Source of the DNA: Cyanobacteria bacterium auto_48_18
Lineage (GTDB): Bacteria > Cyanobacteriota > Vampirovibrionia > Obscuribacterales > Obscuribacteraceae
NCBI GenBank assembly: GCA_036170915.1
Contig: JAVHQC010000036.1
Location: 192,001 to 256,000, forward strand
Reading direction: 5' to 3'
DNA length: 64,000 nt
Positions within the stretch are counted from its first letter, which is position 1. Each line of letters opens with the position of its first letter. Both the position numbers and the translations under genes were made by a program. Shown piece after piece: positions 49,711 to 59,747 of the stretch. The notes below the pieces were generated by a model. That model did not search any database and had not been told where the DNA came from. It saw only the letters and a program-made list of their open reading frames with translations.

Positions 49711-50934
49711 ATGAAAGCAAAACGATCAAATAGCGGAAAAATTGAACGGGGCGGTCTCGCCATCGGCGTAGTTGTGGGTGTGGCCATTGCCACTGCTTTT
49801 TATGCCGGCAGACAGAGCACCAGCCCGCATTCAAATAGTGGTCAAAGTCAGGGGGAAATCGGCACGGTGCGCCACGCGGCCCCCGGGACAGCACTGCCAA
49901 GCTTTGATGGCCCAAAAGGAGCGATTGGTGCCAGTACCATTGCAGATATCGCCCAAGAAGCGGGTGCCTGGGTAGTCAATATCGACATCACCAATATCAT
50001 CACCTACGAGCCACAGCCCCAAATTTTCACTAATGGCGAGGAGCAGTTTCTTTTGCGCCAGCCGGTGCAAGAAGCCCGCCAGCGTGGCGTGGGCTCAGGT
50101 CTGATAATTAAACCTGATGGCCTGATTTTGACCAATAATCACGTGGTTGGTCGTGCCAATCAAATTAAGATCACTCTTTCAGACACGATCGAAGGCAAGC
50201 GGGTCTTCGCGGGCAAAGTGGTCGGACGCGACGAGCTTAATGACCTTGCCCTGGTAAAAATAGAGGCGAAAAACCTGCCTGTGGCCAGAATCGGCTCCAG
50301 TAAAAATCTGCGCCCCGGCGATTGGGCCATTGCCATCGGTTCCCCTGCGGGTCTTGACCATTCTGTTACCCTTGGCATTATCAGCGCCCTTGGTCGCTCG
50401 CTTTTTGAAATTTCAGAGCGCGGCCAATTAATTCAAACAGATGCCGCCATTAATCCCGGAAATTCGGGGGGCCCACTTCTCAATATTCAAGGGGAAGTAA
50501 TCGGCATTAATACCGCAGTTTCTTCAGCTCGCGGCGGCCAGCAGATTCAAAATATTGGCTTTGCCATTCCTTCAGAAGTGTTTGAAGACACAGTGCAGCA
50601 GCTGCTTGCCACCGGCCAGGTAAAGCGGCCTTATGTGGGAATTTTGATGCAAGACCTGACGCCGGAGATATTGCAGGCATTATCATTGCCCGCAGGCACT
50701 AGCGGAGTGAGGGTGGCGAAACTAACGGCGGGAAGCCCTGCAGCTCAAGCTGGCATTGAAGAAGGCGACATAGTCACCAGTGCCGACGGTAAAAATCTAT
50801 CAGCCGCTGAAGAACTGCGGGCAACGGTGCGCAGCCATAAAGTGGGAGAGACCACAGTTTTGAAGATTTCGCGGGGCGGAAAGGATCTGACCATTAAGGT
50901 GGCGGTGGGCGAGCTTAAGAATCGGCCAAACTAG
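49711..50934 (+). CDS. HtrA/Deg family serine protease with one PDZ domain
   Basis: GSG, TNNHV, DLALVKI, QTDAAINPGNSGGP, PDZ; ATG 49711 before the TM anchor (ORF opens at 49600). Confidence 0.96.
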   Translation: MKAKRSNSGKIERGGLAIGVVVGVAIATAFYAGRQSTSPHSNSGQSQGEIGTVRHAAPGTALPSFDGPKGAIGASTIADIAQEAGAWVVNIDITNIITYEPQPQIFTNGEEQFLLRQPVQEARQRGVGSGLIIKPDGLILTNNHVVGRANQIKITLSDTIEGKRVFAGKVVGRDELNDLALVKIEAKNLPVARIGSSKNLRPGDWAIAIGSPAGLDHSVTLGIISALGRSLFEISERGQLIQTDAAINPGNSGGPLLNIQGEVIGINTAVSSARGGQQIQNIGFAIPSEVFEDTVQQLLATGQVKRPYVGILMQDLTPEILQALSLPAGTSGVRVAKLTAGSPAAQAGIEEGDIVTSADGKNLSAAEELRATVRSHKVGETTVLKISRGGKDLTIKVAVGELKNRPN

Positions 50935-50964
50935 CTCTGTGGGTACAATGGATAAAACTCAGGT

Positions 50965-53049
50965 TTGACCATGCCCCGTCTAAAAGCGATCTCTTTCGAT
51001 CACGACCGCGAACTCTCAGCTATGGCCACCTGGTGGAAGGCCGTTTTTCTCACGCCCATCTGGGCATTCCTCTTTATTTTGCCTTTTGGCCCATTCATGC
51101 GGCAGTTTCCGGCAATCTGGGACACCGTAGGCTTTTGCCTGGTGATCATTCTCGGTGGCATTTATTTTTGCCGCGATCTATTCAGACGAGCGGTTCTGGT
51201 TGATGACAACAAAATCTATTTTGGCATGGGCTGCCATTCGCTGAGCCACTTAAAGCGCATCAAATTGGGCTATTCCATGTCGGTGGTGCCATCTAAAATT
51301 ATTCTTGAATTTGACGAAGATCAAAAAGAAGGAGTTGCTAAAGCACAAATAGAGCTGTCAATGTCTTCCATGACCTGGCAAGACATGGAAGGCTTAATCA
51401 GCCTGTTAAGCCGTAAAGTGTCACATTTAAGAGTAGACGACGAAGTAGAAAGAGTCTTGCGCTCGCGCAAACCGCTAGTGGTGGCACGCATTCAAGATCC
51501 TGAACACTTAGAATTGAAATATCATGCCATGCCGCTAGTAGAAGAACTACCTGCAGTGCTCGAACACACCGTTTACGAATGGTCGCGCGTGGTGGGCCCT
51601 GTGGGCACGGTAATTCTTGCTTCACCCTTGTGGCTTTATTTCAATTTTGTCATGTACAACGCATTGCGCGATTATGCCAATGTGTCGGCTAACCAGGAGT
51701 TTTACAACCAGCTAGTAAAACTGCTTACCTATTTTGGCGAGTCGGCCAGTGCTGGTCTATCAATGTTCGAACGCTTTTTCTATTACGTCAATTCGCCTCT
51801 CACCGCTTCTTTGTTATTTGTGGTCTTCTCTTATTTCTTCTATAAATTGATTAGCTCGAGTTTTCTCAGCCCCAACAAACTAACCATTAATAGCGATGGT
51901 ATCTCGCTCGACAAATGGAGTTACCTCTGGTCAATCAACTCCCGGTCAGTGAAGTGGCAAGATATAGAGCATGTCTCACTCAATGCCAGGCACGGCACAG
52001 CTGACCCGAACAAATGGTCGATTGTTTTCAGCGGCAAAAAAGGTTCGCTCTTGAGTGTGCCGCTGTCAGCCGTGAGCATGCAAGATCGCACTGAACTGGC
52101 TTCTGCTATTGAACGCTTTGCTGGAAGTTCCACAGTGGAGGCACAGCTGACAGAATCACTGAGGCCGTCTCAAGATAGGTCTTATACAGAATTATGGTTG
52201 CAGTCTCTTTCCAGTTCATCACGCATTAATCTAGACCCGCTTGAGGCTGGTCATCAGCTTTATCAAGGTCGTTATGAAATTGTCACAACCCTTGCAGTGG
52301 GCGGCGAAGGAGTAGCTTATCTGGCTCAAGATCTTAAAGAAATCAATAGCGGCATAGTATCTGATGTGGTGCTCAAAGAAACTCTCATTCCACCTTTTAT
52401 CGATAAAGAAATTCAACAAGAGTCTGTGGAAAGATTTGAGCGTGAAGCCAGACTTTTAAAAGAGCTAGTTAGCGAACACATTGTTGGACTGCGTGATTAC
52501 TTCATTGAAGATAAACGATGCTATCTCGTGCTTGAGTACGTCAAAGGCTTGAGCTTGCGCCAGTTTGTGGCTGAACATGGTGCTCTCTCTACGCAAGAGA
52601 CATTGAATCTGGCTCAGCAAATGGCAACCATTTTGATCTTCCTGCACAGCAAACAAATTATTCATCGCGATTTCACCCCAGATAATTTGATTCGACAAGA
52701 AGACGGCAAATTGAAGTTAATTGACTTCAACGTCGCCCGCGAGTGGGATAAAGACGACGGCAAGACCGGCACAATTGTAGGCAAGCATGCATATGTGCCA
52801 CCAGAACAATTTCGGGGCAAAGCCTGCGAAGCCAGCGATATTTATGCTCTGGGCGCTACGCTTTTCTATTTGAACACCGGTAGCGACCCTGAACCAATAT
52901 CGCAGTCGTCTTTACCAGAGGTTGCCGATCAAGCTTCACTGCGACTAAGTGAGCTAATTAAAAATTGTACGGCTTTAAATCTAAAAAGCAGAATCAAAAA
53001 TGCGTTTGAACTGCAGAGCGCCCTGGCCGGAGAAACAGTGAATGGCTGA
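50965..53049 (+). CDS. Atypical membrane Ser/Thr kinase (multiple TMs, PH-like domains, C-terminal kinase)
   Basis: LAVGGEG, VLKE, HRDFTPDN, DFN, GKHAYVPPEQ, SDIYALG. Confidence 0.9.
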   Translation: MTMPRLKAISFDHDRELSAMATWWKAVFLTPIWAFLFILPFGPFMRQFPAIWDTVGFCLVIILGGIYFCRDLFRRAVLVDDNKIYFGMGCHSLSHLKRIKLGYSMSVVPSKIILEFDEDQKEGVAKAQIELSMSSMTWQDMEGLISLLSRKVSHLRVDDEVERVLRSRKPLVVARIQDPEHLELKYHAMPLVEELPAVLEHTVYEWSRVVGPVGTVILASPLWLYFNFVMYNALRDYANVSANQEFYNQLVKLLTYFGESASAGLSMFERFFYYVNSPLTASLLFVVFSYFFYKLISSSFLSPNKLTINSDGISLDKWSYLWSINSRSVKWQDIEHVSLNARHGTADPNKWSIVFSGKKGSLLSVPLSAVSMQDRTELASAIERFAGSSTVEAQLTESLRPSQDRSYTELWLQSLSSSSRINLDPLEAGHQLYQGRYEIVTTLAVGGEGVAYLAQDLKEINSGIVSDVVLKETLIPPFIDKEIQQESVERFEREARLLKELVSEHIVGLRDYFIEDKRCYLVLEYVKGLSLRQFVAEHGALSTQETLNLAQQMATILIFLHSKQIIHRDFTPDNLIRQEDGKLKLIDFNVAREWDKDDGKTGTIVGKHAYVPPEQFRGKACEASDIYALGATLFYLNTGSDPEPISQSSLPEVADQASLRLSELIKNCTALNLKSRIKNAFELQSALAGETVNG

Positions 53050-54556
53050 ATCTGAATTGAGTAATGACGCTCAAACCATTCAGCTGCCTTATGCCGACAG
53101 AGGCAGTCGCATAACTTTAGCTACTCTCAAAATGACCATTGCCCTCTGGGGTTTAATTCCGGCCATCCTTCTCATTATTGGTGCTTACGGTGCGCTCATG
53201 GCCGTTCTCTTTACCCGCAATGGTTCAGACCTGCTCACCTTCGGCAGCCTGCTGATGATAGGAGCACTCATTCCTACTGCCGCACTAATAGTGATTCGGC
53301 ACTTCAGCCGCATGGCTATCAATATTGATAAAAATGGCATTGAAATTCCGCCCGATTTATTTTCCGGCACTCTTAAACCAACTTATGTGCCCTGGAATAC
53401 AGTCAATAAAATTGTTGCCTTCAAAAGCGATAATAATGGTCTTGCCGCAAAAACAAACAATGCACTTTTGCGCGATGAGCAACTTGTTATTCATGCCCGC
53501 AATCAGCAAAGCTTGGCCGTAATTGCTCTTGATCGGCTCACCTTGCCAATGTGCGAAAAACTGCTGGTGTGCCTTGATGTTTTTGCTGGTGGTGTTGAAC
53601 AAGAAGGCATAGATGATATTGCCAAGAAAATTAAACACCATCTGCGCGACGAGGCACAAGATAAATTTGCTGCCCTGGCCAAAGGTGACGTTCTTACTCA
53701 CACCGAGTTATGGGAAGACGAACTGAAAAGGCGTTTTCGCGCTGCCGCTTTCATGCCGCTTGAGCCCGGCGTGATCATGCGCAAAGGCAGCTTGACTGTA
53801 CTCAGGCCGCTCGCGCTGGGTGGGCTTTCAGCCGTATATCTGGCTCAGCTCGATAACAATTTGCTTGTGGTTTTAAAAGAATCAGTGGTACCAGAAGATG
53901 CCAAAGAAGAATTGAAAACTAAAGCACGGGAAATGTTTAATCGCGAAGCCAATTTGCTGATGAAGTTAAAGCACCCATCAGTGGTATCAGTGCTTGATTA
54001 TTTTGTGGAAAACGGTCGTAGCTATTTGCTGCTCGATTATGTCAGCGGCCAAGATTTGCGCCAGTACATTAAACAAAATGGGCGCATGCGCGAAGCCATA
54101 GTGGTGGAATGGGCAGCACAAATTGCCGCCATTCTTGACTATTTACATAGCCAGGATCCGCCTGTAATACACCGCGACCTCACCCCCGATAATTTCGTCA
54201 TTCGTCCTGATGGCACCATAGTCGTCATCGATTTTGGTGCCGCCAACGATTTCATCGGCAACGCTACAGGAACTTTTGTCGGTAAACAGTCTTACATTGC
54301 ACCAGAACAGTTTCGCGGAAAGGCTTGCTTGCAAAGTGATATTTATGCCTTCGGCGGCACGCTGTATTATTTACTCACTGGTGAAGAGCCTGAAGCACTG
54401 AGCCAGTCAGACCCCAGCGAAAAAGTAGAAATCTCGGCGCCGTTAAATGATCTGGTCAAAAGCTGCACTGAACTCGAAGTTCAGTCTAGAATTCCCACAG
54501 CCGGAAAAATCATAGAATCTCTCGCCCTGATGTCAAAAGAGCGCCTGATTCAATAG
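53042..54556 (+). CDS. Atypical membrane Ser/Thr kinase (2 TMs, PH-like domain, kinase)
   Basis: LALGGLS, VLKE, HRDLTPDN, DFG, GKQSYIAPEQ, SDIYAFG. Confidence 0.92.
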   Translation: MAESELSNDAQTIQLPYADRGSRITLATLKMTIALWGLIPAILLIIGAYGALMAVLFTRNGSDLLTFGSLLMIGALIPTAALIVIRHFSRMAINIDKNGIEIPPDLFSGTLKPTYVPWNTVNKIVAFKSDNNGLAAKTNNALLRDEQLVIHARNQQSLAVIALDRLTLPMCEKLLVCLDVFAGGVEQEGIDDIAKKIKHHLRDEAQDKFAALAKGDVLTHTELWEDELKRRFRAAAFMPLEPGVIMRKGSLTVLRPLALGGLSAVYLAQLDNNLLVVLKESVVPEDAKEELKTKAREMFNREANLLMKLKHPSVVSVLDYFVENGRSYLLLDYVSGQDLRQYIKQNGRMREAIVVEWAAQIAAILDYLHSQDPPVIHRDLTPDNFVIRPDGTIVVIDFGAANDFIGNATGTFVGKQSYIAPEQFRGKACLQSDIYAFGGTLYYLLTGEEPEALSQSDPSEKVEISAPLNDLVKSCTELEVQSRIPTAGKIIESLALMSKERLIQ

Positions 54557-54595
54557 CGAACAATAATCATTGACAGTCACAAGCGAGTAATCATT

Positions 54596-55036
54596 ATGAG
54601 CGACAAAAAAAGCGACACTGCCAGTTCGAGTGCGGAGCAAGAGGCTGAATGGCGTGCCCGACTCACCCCCGAGCAATATCATGTGGCCCGAGAGAAAGGT
54701 ACCGAGCGTGCTTTTAGCGGCAAGTATTGGGATTGCCATGATAAAGGCGTTTACCGTTGCATTTGCTGCGATGCTGAACTATTCAGCTCAGAACACAAAT
54801 TTGAATCGGGCTCCGGTTGGCCCAGTTTTTATGTTCCTCTTAGAGCTGAGCACGTAGCCGAACATCGCGACATGTCTTACGGTATGCTGCGTACGGAAGT
54901 CACCTGCAGTCAGTGCGGGGCCCATCTTGGCCACGTATTCCCGGACGGGCCCAAGCCCACAAATTTGCGTTATTGCATCAATTCGGCATCAATAAATTTA
55001 AAAACAGAGTCTGATTTGCCCAAAGAGGAAAAATAA
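54596..55036 (+). CDS. msrB: Peptide-methionine (R)-S-oxide reductase
   Basis: [33 protein letters not shown]. Confidence 0.97.
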   Translation: MSDKKSDTASSSAEQEAEWRARLTPEQYHVAREKGTERAFSGKYWDCHDKGVYRCICCDAELFSSEHKFESGSGWPSFYVPLRAEHVAEHRDMSYGMLRTEVTCSQCGAHLGHVFPDGPKPTNLRYCINSASINLKTESDLPKEEK

Positions 55037-55039
55037 AAC

Positions 55040-57156
55040 TTGAGTAAATCAATTTTATTGGCAGAAGAAGATGAAAACGTCAAAACTCTGCTTGGTACTC
55101 TGCTCGCTGCACGCCATCACACTGTCGAAACCAGTGGCGAAGGCAAAAAGATTTTGAATCTGCTTGCTTTACAGACTTACGATCTGGTGATTGTGGGCGA
55201 CCAACTAAGCGATATCGACGGCATTGGATTGATTGTAAAAATTCGTTCGGTCAATTCGCAAGTGCCTATTGTCTTTCTTTCTAAAACCTGGCGTGATGCA
55301 GCTGTATATCAGCAACTAACTAAAGATTTCAGAGTTTCGCTGGTTATTCACAGACCAATTAAAGCTGCCTTATTTGGTGCCCAAATTGAAAGCCTTTTTT
55401 CTTCAGCAGAAAAATCGATTCAGTCTCACGTACAGAATGAAGAATCAATTTTCAATACTTTGCAGGGAAATTATTTAAAAGTTCTGCCCGAGCGTTTTGA
55501 AAAACTAGAAGAAGCTATCACTCTTGCTAAGGCTCATCCAGAAGATGCCGCCAGTCTGCTCGAAGCCATTAGACTGGCACACAATCTAAAGGGCACAGCC
55601 AGCTCGTGTGGATTCGGTGTGCTGGGTGAATCGGCCAGTTCACTTGAAAAAGCTCTTGACGCCATTCGCGAAAATCAACTGACTGAACACGAAGCGGCCT
55701 GGGAAGAAATAGAATTAATCGCCAATCTCGTCAAAAGCAATGCCACTGCCTTAACTGGTGATCCGGTTGCCCAAGTAGACAAACGTGCATTTGCCACCAT
55801 GGAACCTTTAGAGGAATTCAACTTCCCGGTTCCACCACCAGCAGGGCTCGACGCTTACCAACCGCAAGATAATTTTGATACTTATGACGACTCGTCGGCA
55901 GTGCGAGTGATGGTCTTCAGTTCTGACGTAATGCCTGCTCACAAGCGAATCGGCAATAAAGACACTGGTTTACCGGTGCAAGTTATTTTAAGTCAAAATC
56001 ATGAAGATGCCATTGCCAAAGCTGGCAAGCTCACACTAGATGCGGTGCTAATTGATATTGACGTAACACAGCCGGCACCAGCTCTCAACCTTGCTCGCGA
56101 TTTGCGCTCTCTACCAGGTTATGAAACTTTGCCTGTAGCATTTCTTTCAACTTCAAAACAACAAAAAATATCGAAGATTCTACCCATGCTGGTGCTTCGT
56201 TGATGCTCGAAAAGCCCTTGCAGAGCGACATCTTTAATGACGCCATCGAATATCTGGTCAACGCCCGCCAGGGCGGCAGGCCGCGGGTTTTGATTGTTGA
56301 TGACGATGATGACTTCGTCAAAATCGTTGCGTCGGCACTTGGGCAGGAAGGTATGCTGGTAAGACAGATGTCCGACCCCACAGATCTTTTGCCGGTGATT
56401 CAAGAGTTTCATCCTGACATAGTTTTGCTAGACGTCACTATGCCTACTGTGAGCGGTTTTGATGTCTGCCGCATGATTCGCACCGCTGCACATTTTCAAG
56501 ATCTGCCAATTTTATTTCTCACCGGTCAGACCGGTTTAGAGACAAGGCTCGCGGCCTTTGAAGCAGGCGGCGACGATTATTTGCCTAAACCTGTAGCCAG
56601 AGTTGAGCTTTTAACAAGAGTGAAAGTGCGCTTAGAACGTGCACGCATGCTCAAAGAACGCTCTAACAAAGACATTCTCACCGGTCTATTGATTCGCCGA
56701 GCATTTATGGAGCAGCTCAACGATATGGCGGATGAATCGAAACGCAATGGTTTGATATTTAGCCTCAGTCTAATTGACGTCGATCACTTTAAACAAATAA
56801 ACGATCAATATGGCCACATGGCCGGAGACCGTGTGCTGTCAGCATTTGGTCAGTTGCTGAAGAAGCGCTTTAGAGTAGAAGATTTTCGCGGGCGCTGGGG
56901 TGGCGAAGAGTTTATGGTGGCATTTCGCCATATTCGCAAAGAAACTGCTGGTGGTGCCCTGCAAAGAGCGCTGGAAGAACTTCGGGCTGTGGAATTTCAT
57001 GGAGATCACGGTGAGACCTTTAATATAACTTTCAGCGCCGGTTTGGTTTCTTATCCTGACGATGGGGTGGATATCGAAGATCTGATTCGCAAAGCCGATG
57101 AGCGTCTTTATATAGCTAAAGATGCGGGTCGCAATCGACTGGTTACCGCAGGCTAA
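55040..57156 (+). pseudogene. REC-HPt-REC-REC-GGDEF diguanylate cyclase split by a -1 frameshift near 56163-56168 (ORFs 55040-56203 and 56200-57156)
   Basis: HPt AHNLKG, GGEEF, RxxD I-site; the middle REC domain continues in the -1 frame as NIEDSTHAGASLMLEKP. Confidence 0.8.
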
Positions 57157-57227
57157 TTTTGCAGTCTTAGTTTAATCAGGATGTGGGCACAAACAATTAA
57201 GCAAAGGTGACCGGGCAATAAAGTGCA

Positions 57228-57602
57228 ATGGCCAATTTATTGGTGGTAGAAGATGACGAAAACCTGCGCCAGACCGTGCAGGACTGGCTCATTTTTGAAA
57301 AGTACACAGTGGAAGTGGCCACAAGTGGACCAGACGCGCTGGAACAATTGAGCATGAATGTCTTTGACCTGATCATCCTTGACTGGTTTTTGCCCGACAT
57401 CAACGGCATTGACGTATTGAAGCGCTACCGTGCTGCTGGTGGTCGGACGCCGGTTTTGATGCTCACCGGTCAAGACTCGAAAGATGCACGTCAGGTCGGC
57501 CTTGATGCTGGTGCCAACAGTTATTTAAAGAAACCCTTCAAACTTCAGGAATTATCAGCACAGATCAGAAGCACTTTAAACATTGAAAGGAAAATTACAT
57601 GA
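57228..57602 (+). CDS. Single-domain response regulator
   Basis: LVVEDD, DLIILDW, MLTG, GANSYLKKPF. Confidence 0.93.
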   Translation: MANLLVVEDDENLRQTVQDWLIFEKYTVEVATSGPDALEQLSMNVFDLIILDWFLPDINGIDVLKRYRAAGGRTPVLMLTGQDSKDARQVGLDAGANSYLKKPFKLQELSAQIRSTLNIERKIT

Positions 57603-58402
57603 GTTCTTTAGTTCACCTGGTATGTGATTACGCCCATGGAGACATGGCCTGGGCCGAAATTGTAGCGGCGCTTTGTTGCAAATTGCATGACGACACGCGT
57701 ATTCACGCCACTTCTGTACATGCTTTCGACACAATCTCAACCGGCTTTATCGTTGCCCAGCTGGCGCTCACCAGTAAACAATTAAGGCCAACAAACATGT
57801 TGGTATTTGCCAATACCGCACCCCGTCGAGACAGAAAAGAAGCTCGCCCTAATAATGAGGGCGAAGGTCTGCTTTTTGCCACATTGAAAAATGGCGTACA
57901 GGTTCTGGCCGTAAATTCAGGCCACTCACTTTCATTTGTCAAAAACGATATGCAAGAGCTCTGGAGCACAAATGTTGAAGAACAGGGCAGCCAATTCCGC
58001 TCGCGTGATTTTTTCCCACAAGCGGTGAGCAAGGCCTCACGAAGCGATTTTTCCTTCATTAAAAACAAGCTGACAATTGCTGACATTGTGCCTGATGAAC
58101 CCAAAGAAGTAGTTGGTTATGTGGATTCATTCGGCAATATCAAAACTACCATTCGCACTGGCGATTCTAAGCTGGAGAATCTTACCCCGGGTACCAGACT
58201 GAAAATTTCCATTGGTCCACAAGTTAAAACCGCCACTGTAGCCACAGGGAGCTTCAATATTCTGGAAGGCGATCTGGCCTTTTCACCTGGTAGCTCCGGC
58301 CATGAAAAGCGTTACTGGGAGCTGTTTAAGCGGGGTGGAAGCGCTGCTGATGAGTTTGCTCACCCTCCAACTGGCGCAACAGTAAAAATACAACCGGCCT
58401 GA
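57599..58402 (+). CDS. SAM hydroxide adenosyltransferase/chlorinase-like (DUF62) protein
   Basis: CDYAHGD, QFRSRDFF, YVDSFGNIKT. Confidence 0.75.
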   Translation: MSSLVHLVCDYAHGDMAWAEIVAALCCKLHDDTRIHATSVHAFDTISTGFIVAQLALTSKQLRPTNMLVFANTAPRRDRKEARPNNEGEGLLFATLKNGVQVLAVNSGHSLSFVKNDMQELWSTNVEEQGSQFRSRDFFPQAVSKASRSDFSFIKNKLTIADIVPDEPKEVVGYVDSFGNIKTTIRTGDSKLENLTPGTRLKISIGPQVKTATVATGSFNILEGDLAFSPGSSGHEKRYWELFKRGGSAADEFAHPPTGATVKIQPA

Positions 58403-58523
58403 ACTGCCGCTTAATGTACCGTGGCAAAGCGTTAGAACTCCGGCTAATTTGGTATGGTACAGATACACACCCATTTTTTCAGTCCAAGTTATCTAACCTA
58501 ACTAGCCCGAAAGACCAGGATAC

Positions 58524-59747
58524 ATGATAGAAAAACAGGCAACAGCTGATGCCCTCCCTACACTTCTGATAGGGGCGAACATAGTCACACAGCCAAAACT
58601 GGATGAGGCTATGCTCACGGCCAAAAATTTAAACGTGCCACTGGCACGGGCTCTGGCCATGCTCAATTCGGTGAGCGAAACCACCATGAAAGTGGTTCTT
58701 GAAGCTGAAGAGCTGGTGAGATCAGGCAAAGCTACAGTTGATCTGGCGCTTAAAGCCCTGAGACTGGCGCGGCAGAACAACATGACGATGGAAGACGCCA
58801 TCGGTGTGCTCAATTCGGTGCACAAAAAAACTCAAACAGTGCAAAGCATTGCCAACCCGCTGACTCAGCTTTTGCTCACCACTGAGCTGATTAATCCCGA
58901 ACAACTTGGACGGGCAGTGATCAAAGCTAAAGAAACAGGCATGCAGATGGGCCGCGTACTTGTGCTCAACCGCGACCTGTCGAGCTGGATGATGAATGCT
59001 GCTCTAACAGCCCAACTTCTAGTCAGAGACGGCAAAGTAACCAAAGACCAGGCCACCCAGGCGCTCTTAACCGTTGGCAGGCGACGCATCAGCATTGAAC
59101 AAGCACTCTTTGAACTGGGCCTTTACTCAGAGAAAGCTGGGCAGACTGTACGCATCGGCGAGTTAGTTCTAATGGCTGGTTTTCTGTCTGACGGAGACAT
59201 GCTTGAGTGTGTCGAAATTGAATTGGTCAAAGAAAAACAGTTTGGACAAATCTTGCTCGAACAAGGCCTGGTCACTCACGATTTGCTGGAAGCTGCCATT
59301 ATTTTGCAAGACATGGTGGCCAATGCCACAGTTAAAGCTTTCCAGGCCGCCGAAGCCTTGAAGCAGGTTAAGGCGCGTGGAGTCTCGGTGTATCAAGCTA
59401 TCGCTGAAAATTATTCAGCCGCACAAGCCTTGCCAAAAGAATTTTTACCGGCCGATTTGCTGGTGCAGTCTGGCTTGATATCAGCTTTTGAAATTGAAAA
59501 AGTTGTAGACGTAAAAGAGAAAAGTGCCATCAAAGTAGGCAAGAAAGTTTTGTCTACGGGCGCCATCAGCGAGCCTGTGCTTTACACGGCTCTGCGCACT
59601 TATTCGCTTTACAGTCAGGGCTTTATATCAAGTGAGCAAGCGGTTCTATCTCTGAATAAGTGTAAGAACGAAAACATCACTCTTGACGAATCGCTGGCGA
59701 AACTTGGTTGGAATGTCCCGGCGCGTATGCAATGGATATGGTGCTAA
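58524..59747 (+). CDS. Helical repeat protein with MshEN-like motifs
   Basis: Four ~100-aa repeats, e.g. RIGELVLMAGFL..., QFGQILLEQGLVTHDLLEAAIILQ. Confidence 0.75.
   Translation: MIEKQATADALPTLLIGANIVTQPKLDEAMLTAKNLNVPLARALAMLNSVSETTMKVVLEAEELVRSGKATVDLALKALRLARQNNMTMEDAIGVLNSVHKKTQTVQSIANPLTQLLLTTELINPEQLGRAVIKAKETGMQMGRVLVLNRDLSSWMMNAALTAQLLVRDGKVTKDQATQALLTVGRRRISIEQALFELGLYSEKAGQTVRIGELVLMAGFLSDGDMLECVEIELVKEKQFGQILLEQGLVTHDLLEAAIILQDMVANATVKAFQAAEALKQVKARGVSVYQAIAENYSAAQALPKEFLPADLLVQSGLISAFEIEKVVDVKEKSAIKVGKKVLSTGAISEPVLYTALRTYSLYSQGFISSEQAVLSLNKCKNENITLDESLAKLGWNVPARMQWIWC

Noticed and set aside
40308..55036. Selenocysteine in GPx or MsrB, given mnmH
   Set aside because: Both encode ordinary Cys at the catalytic positions with no in-frame TGA
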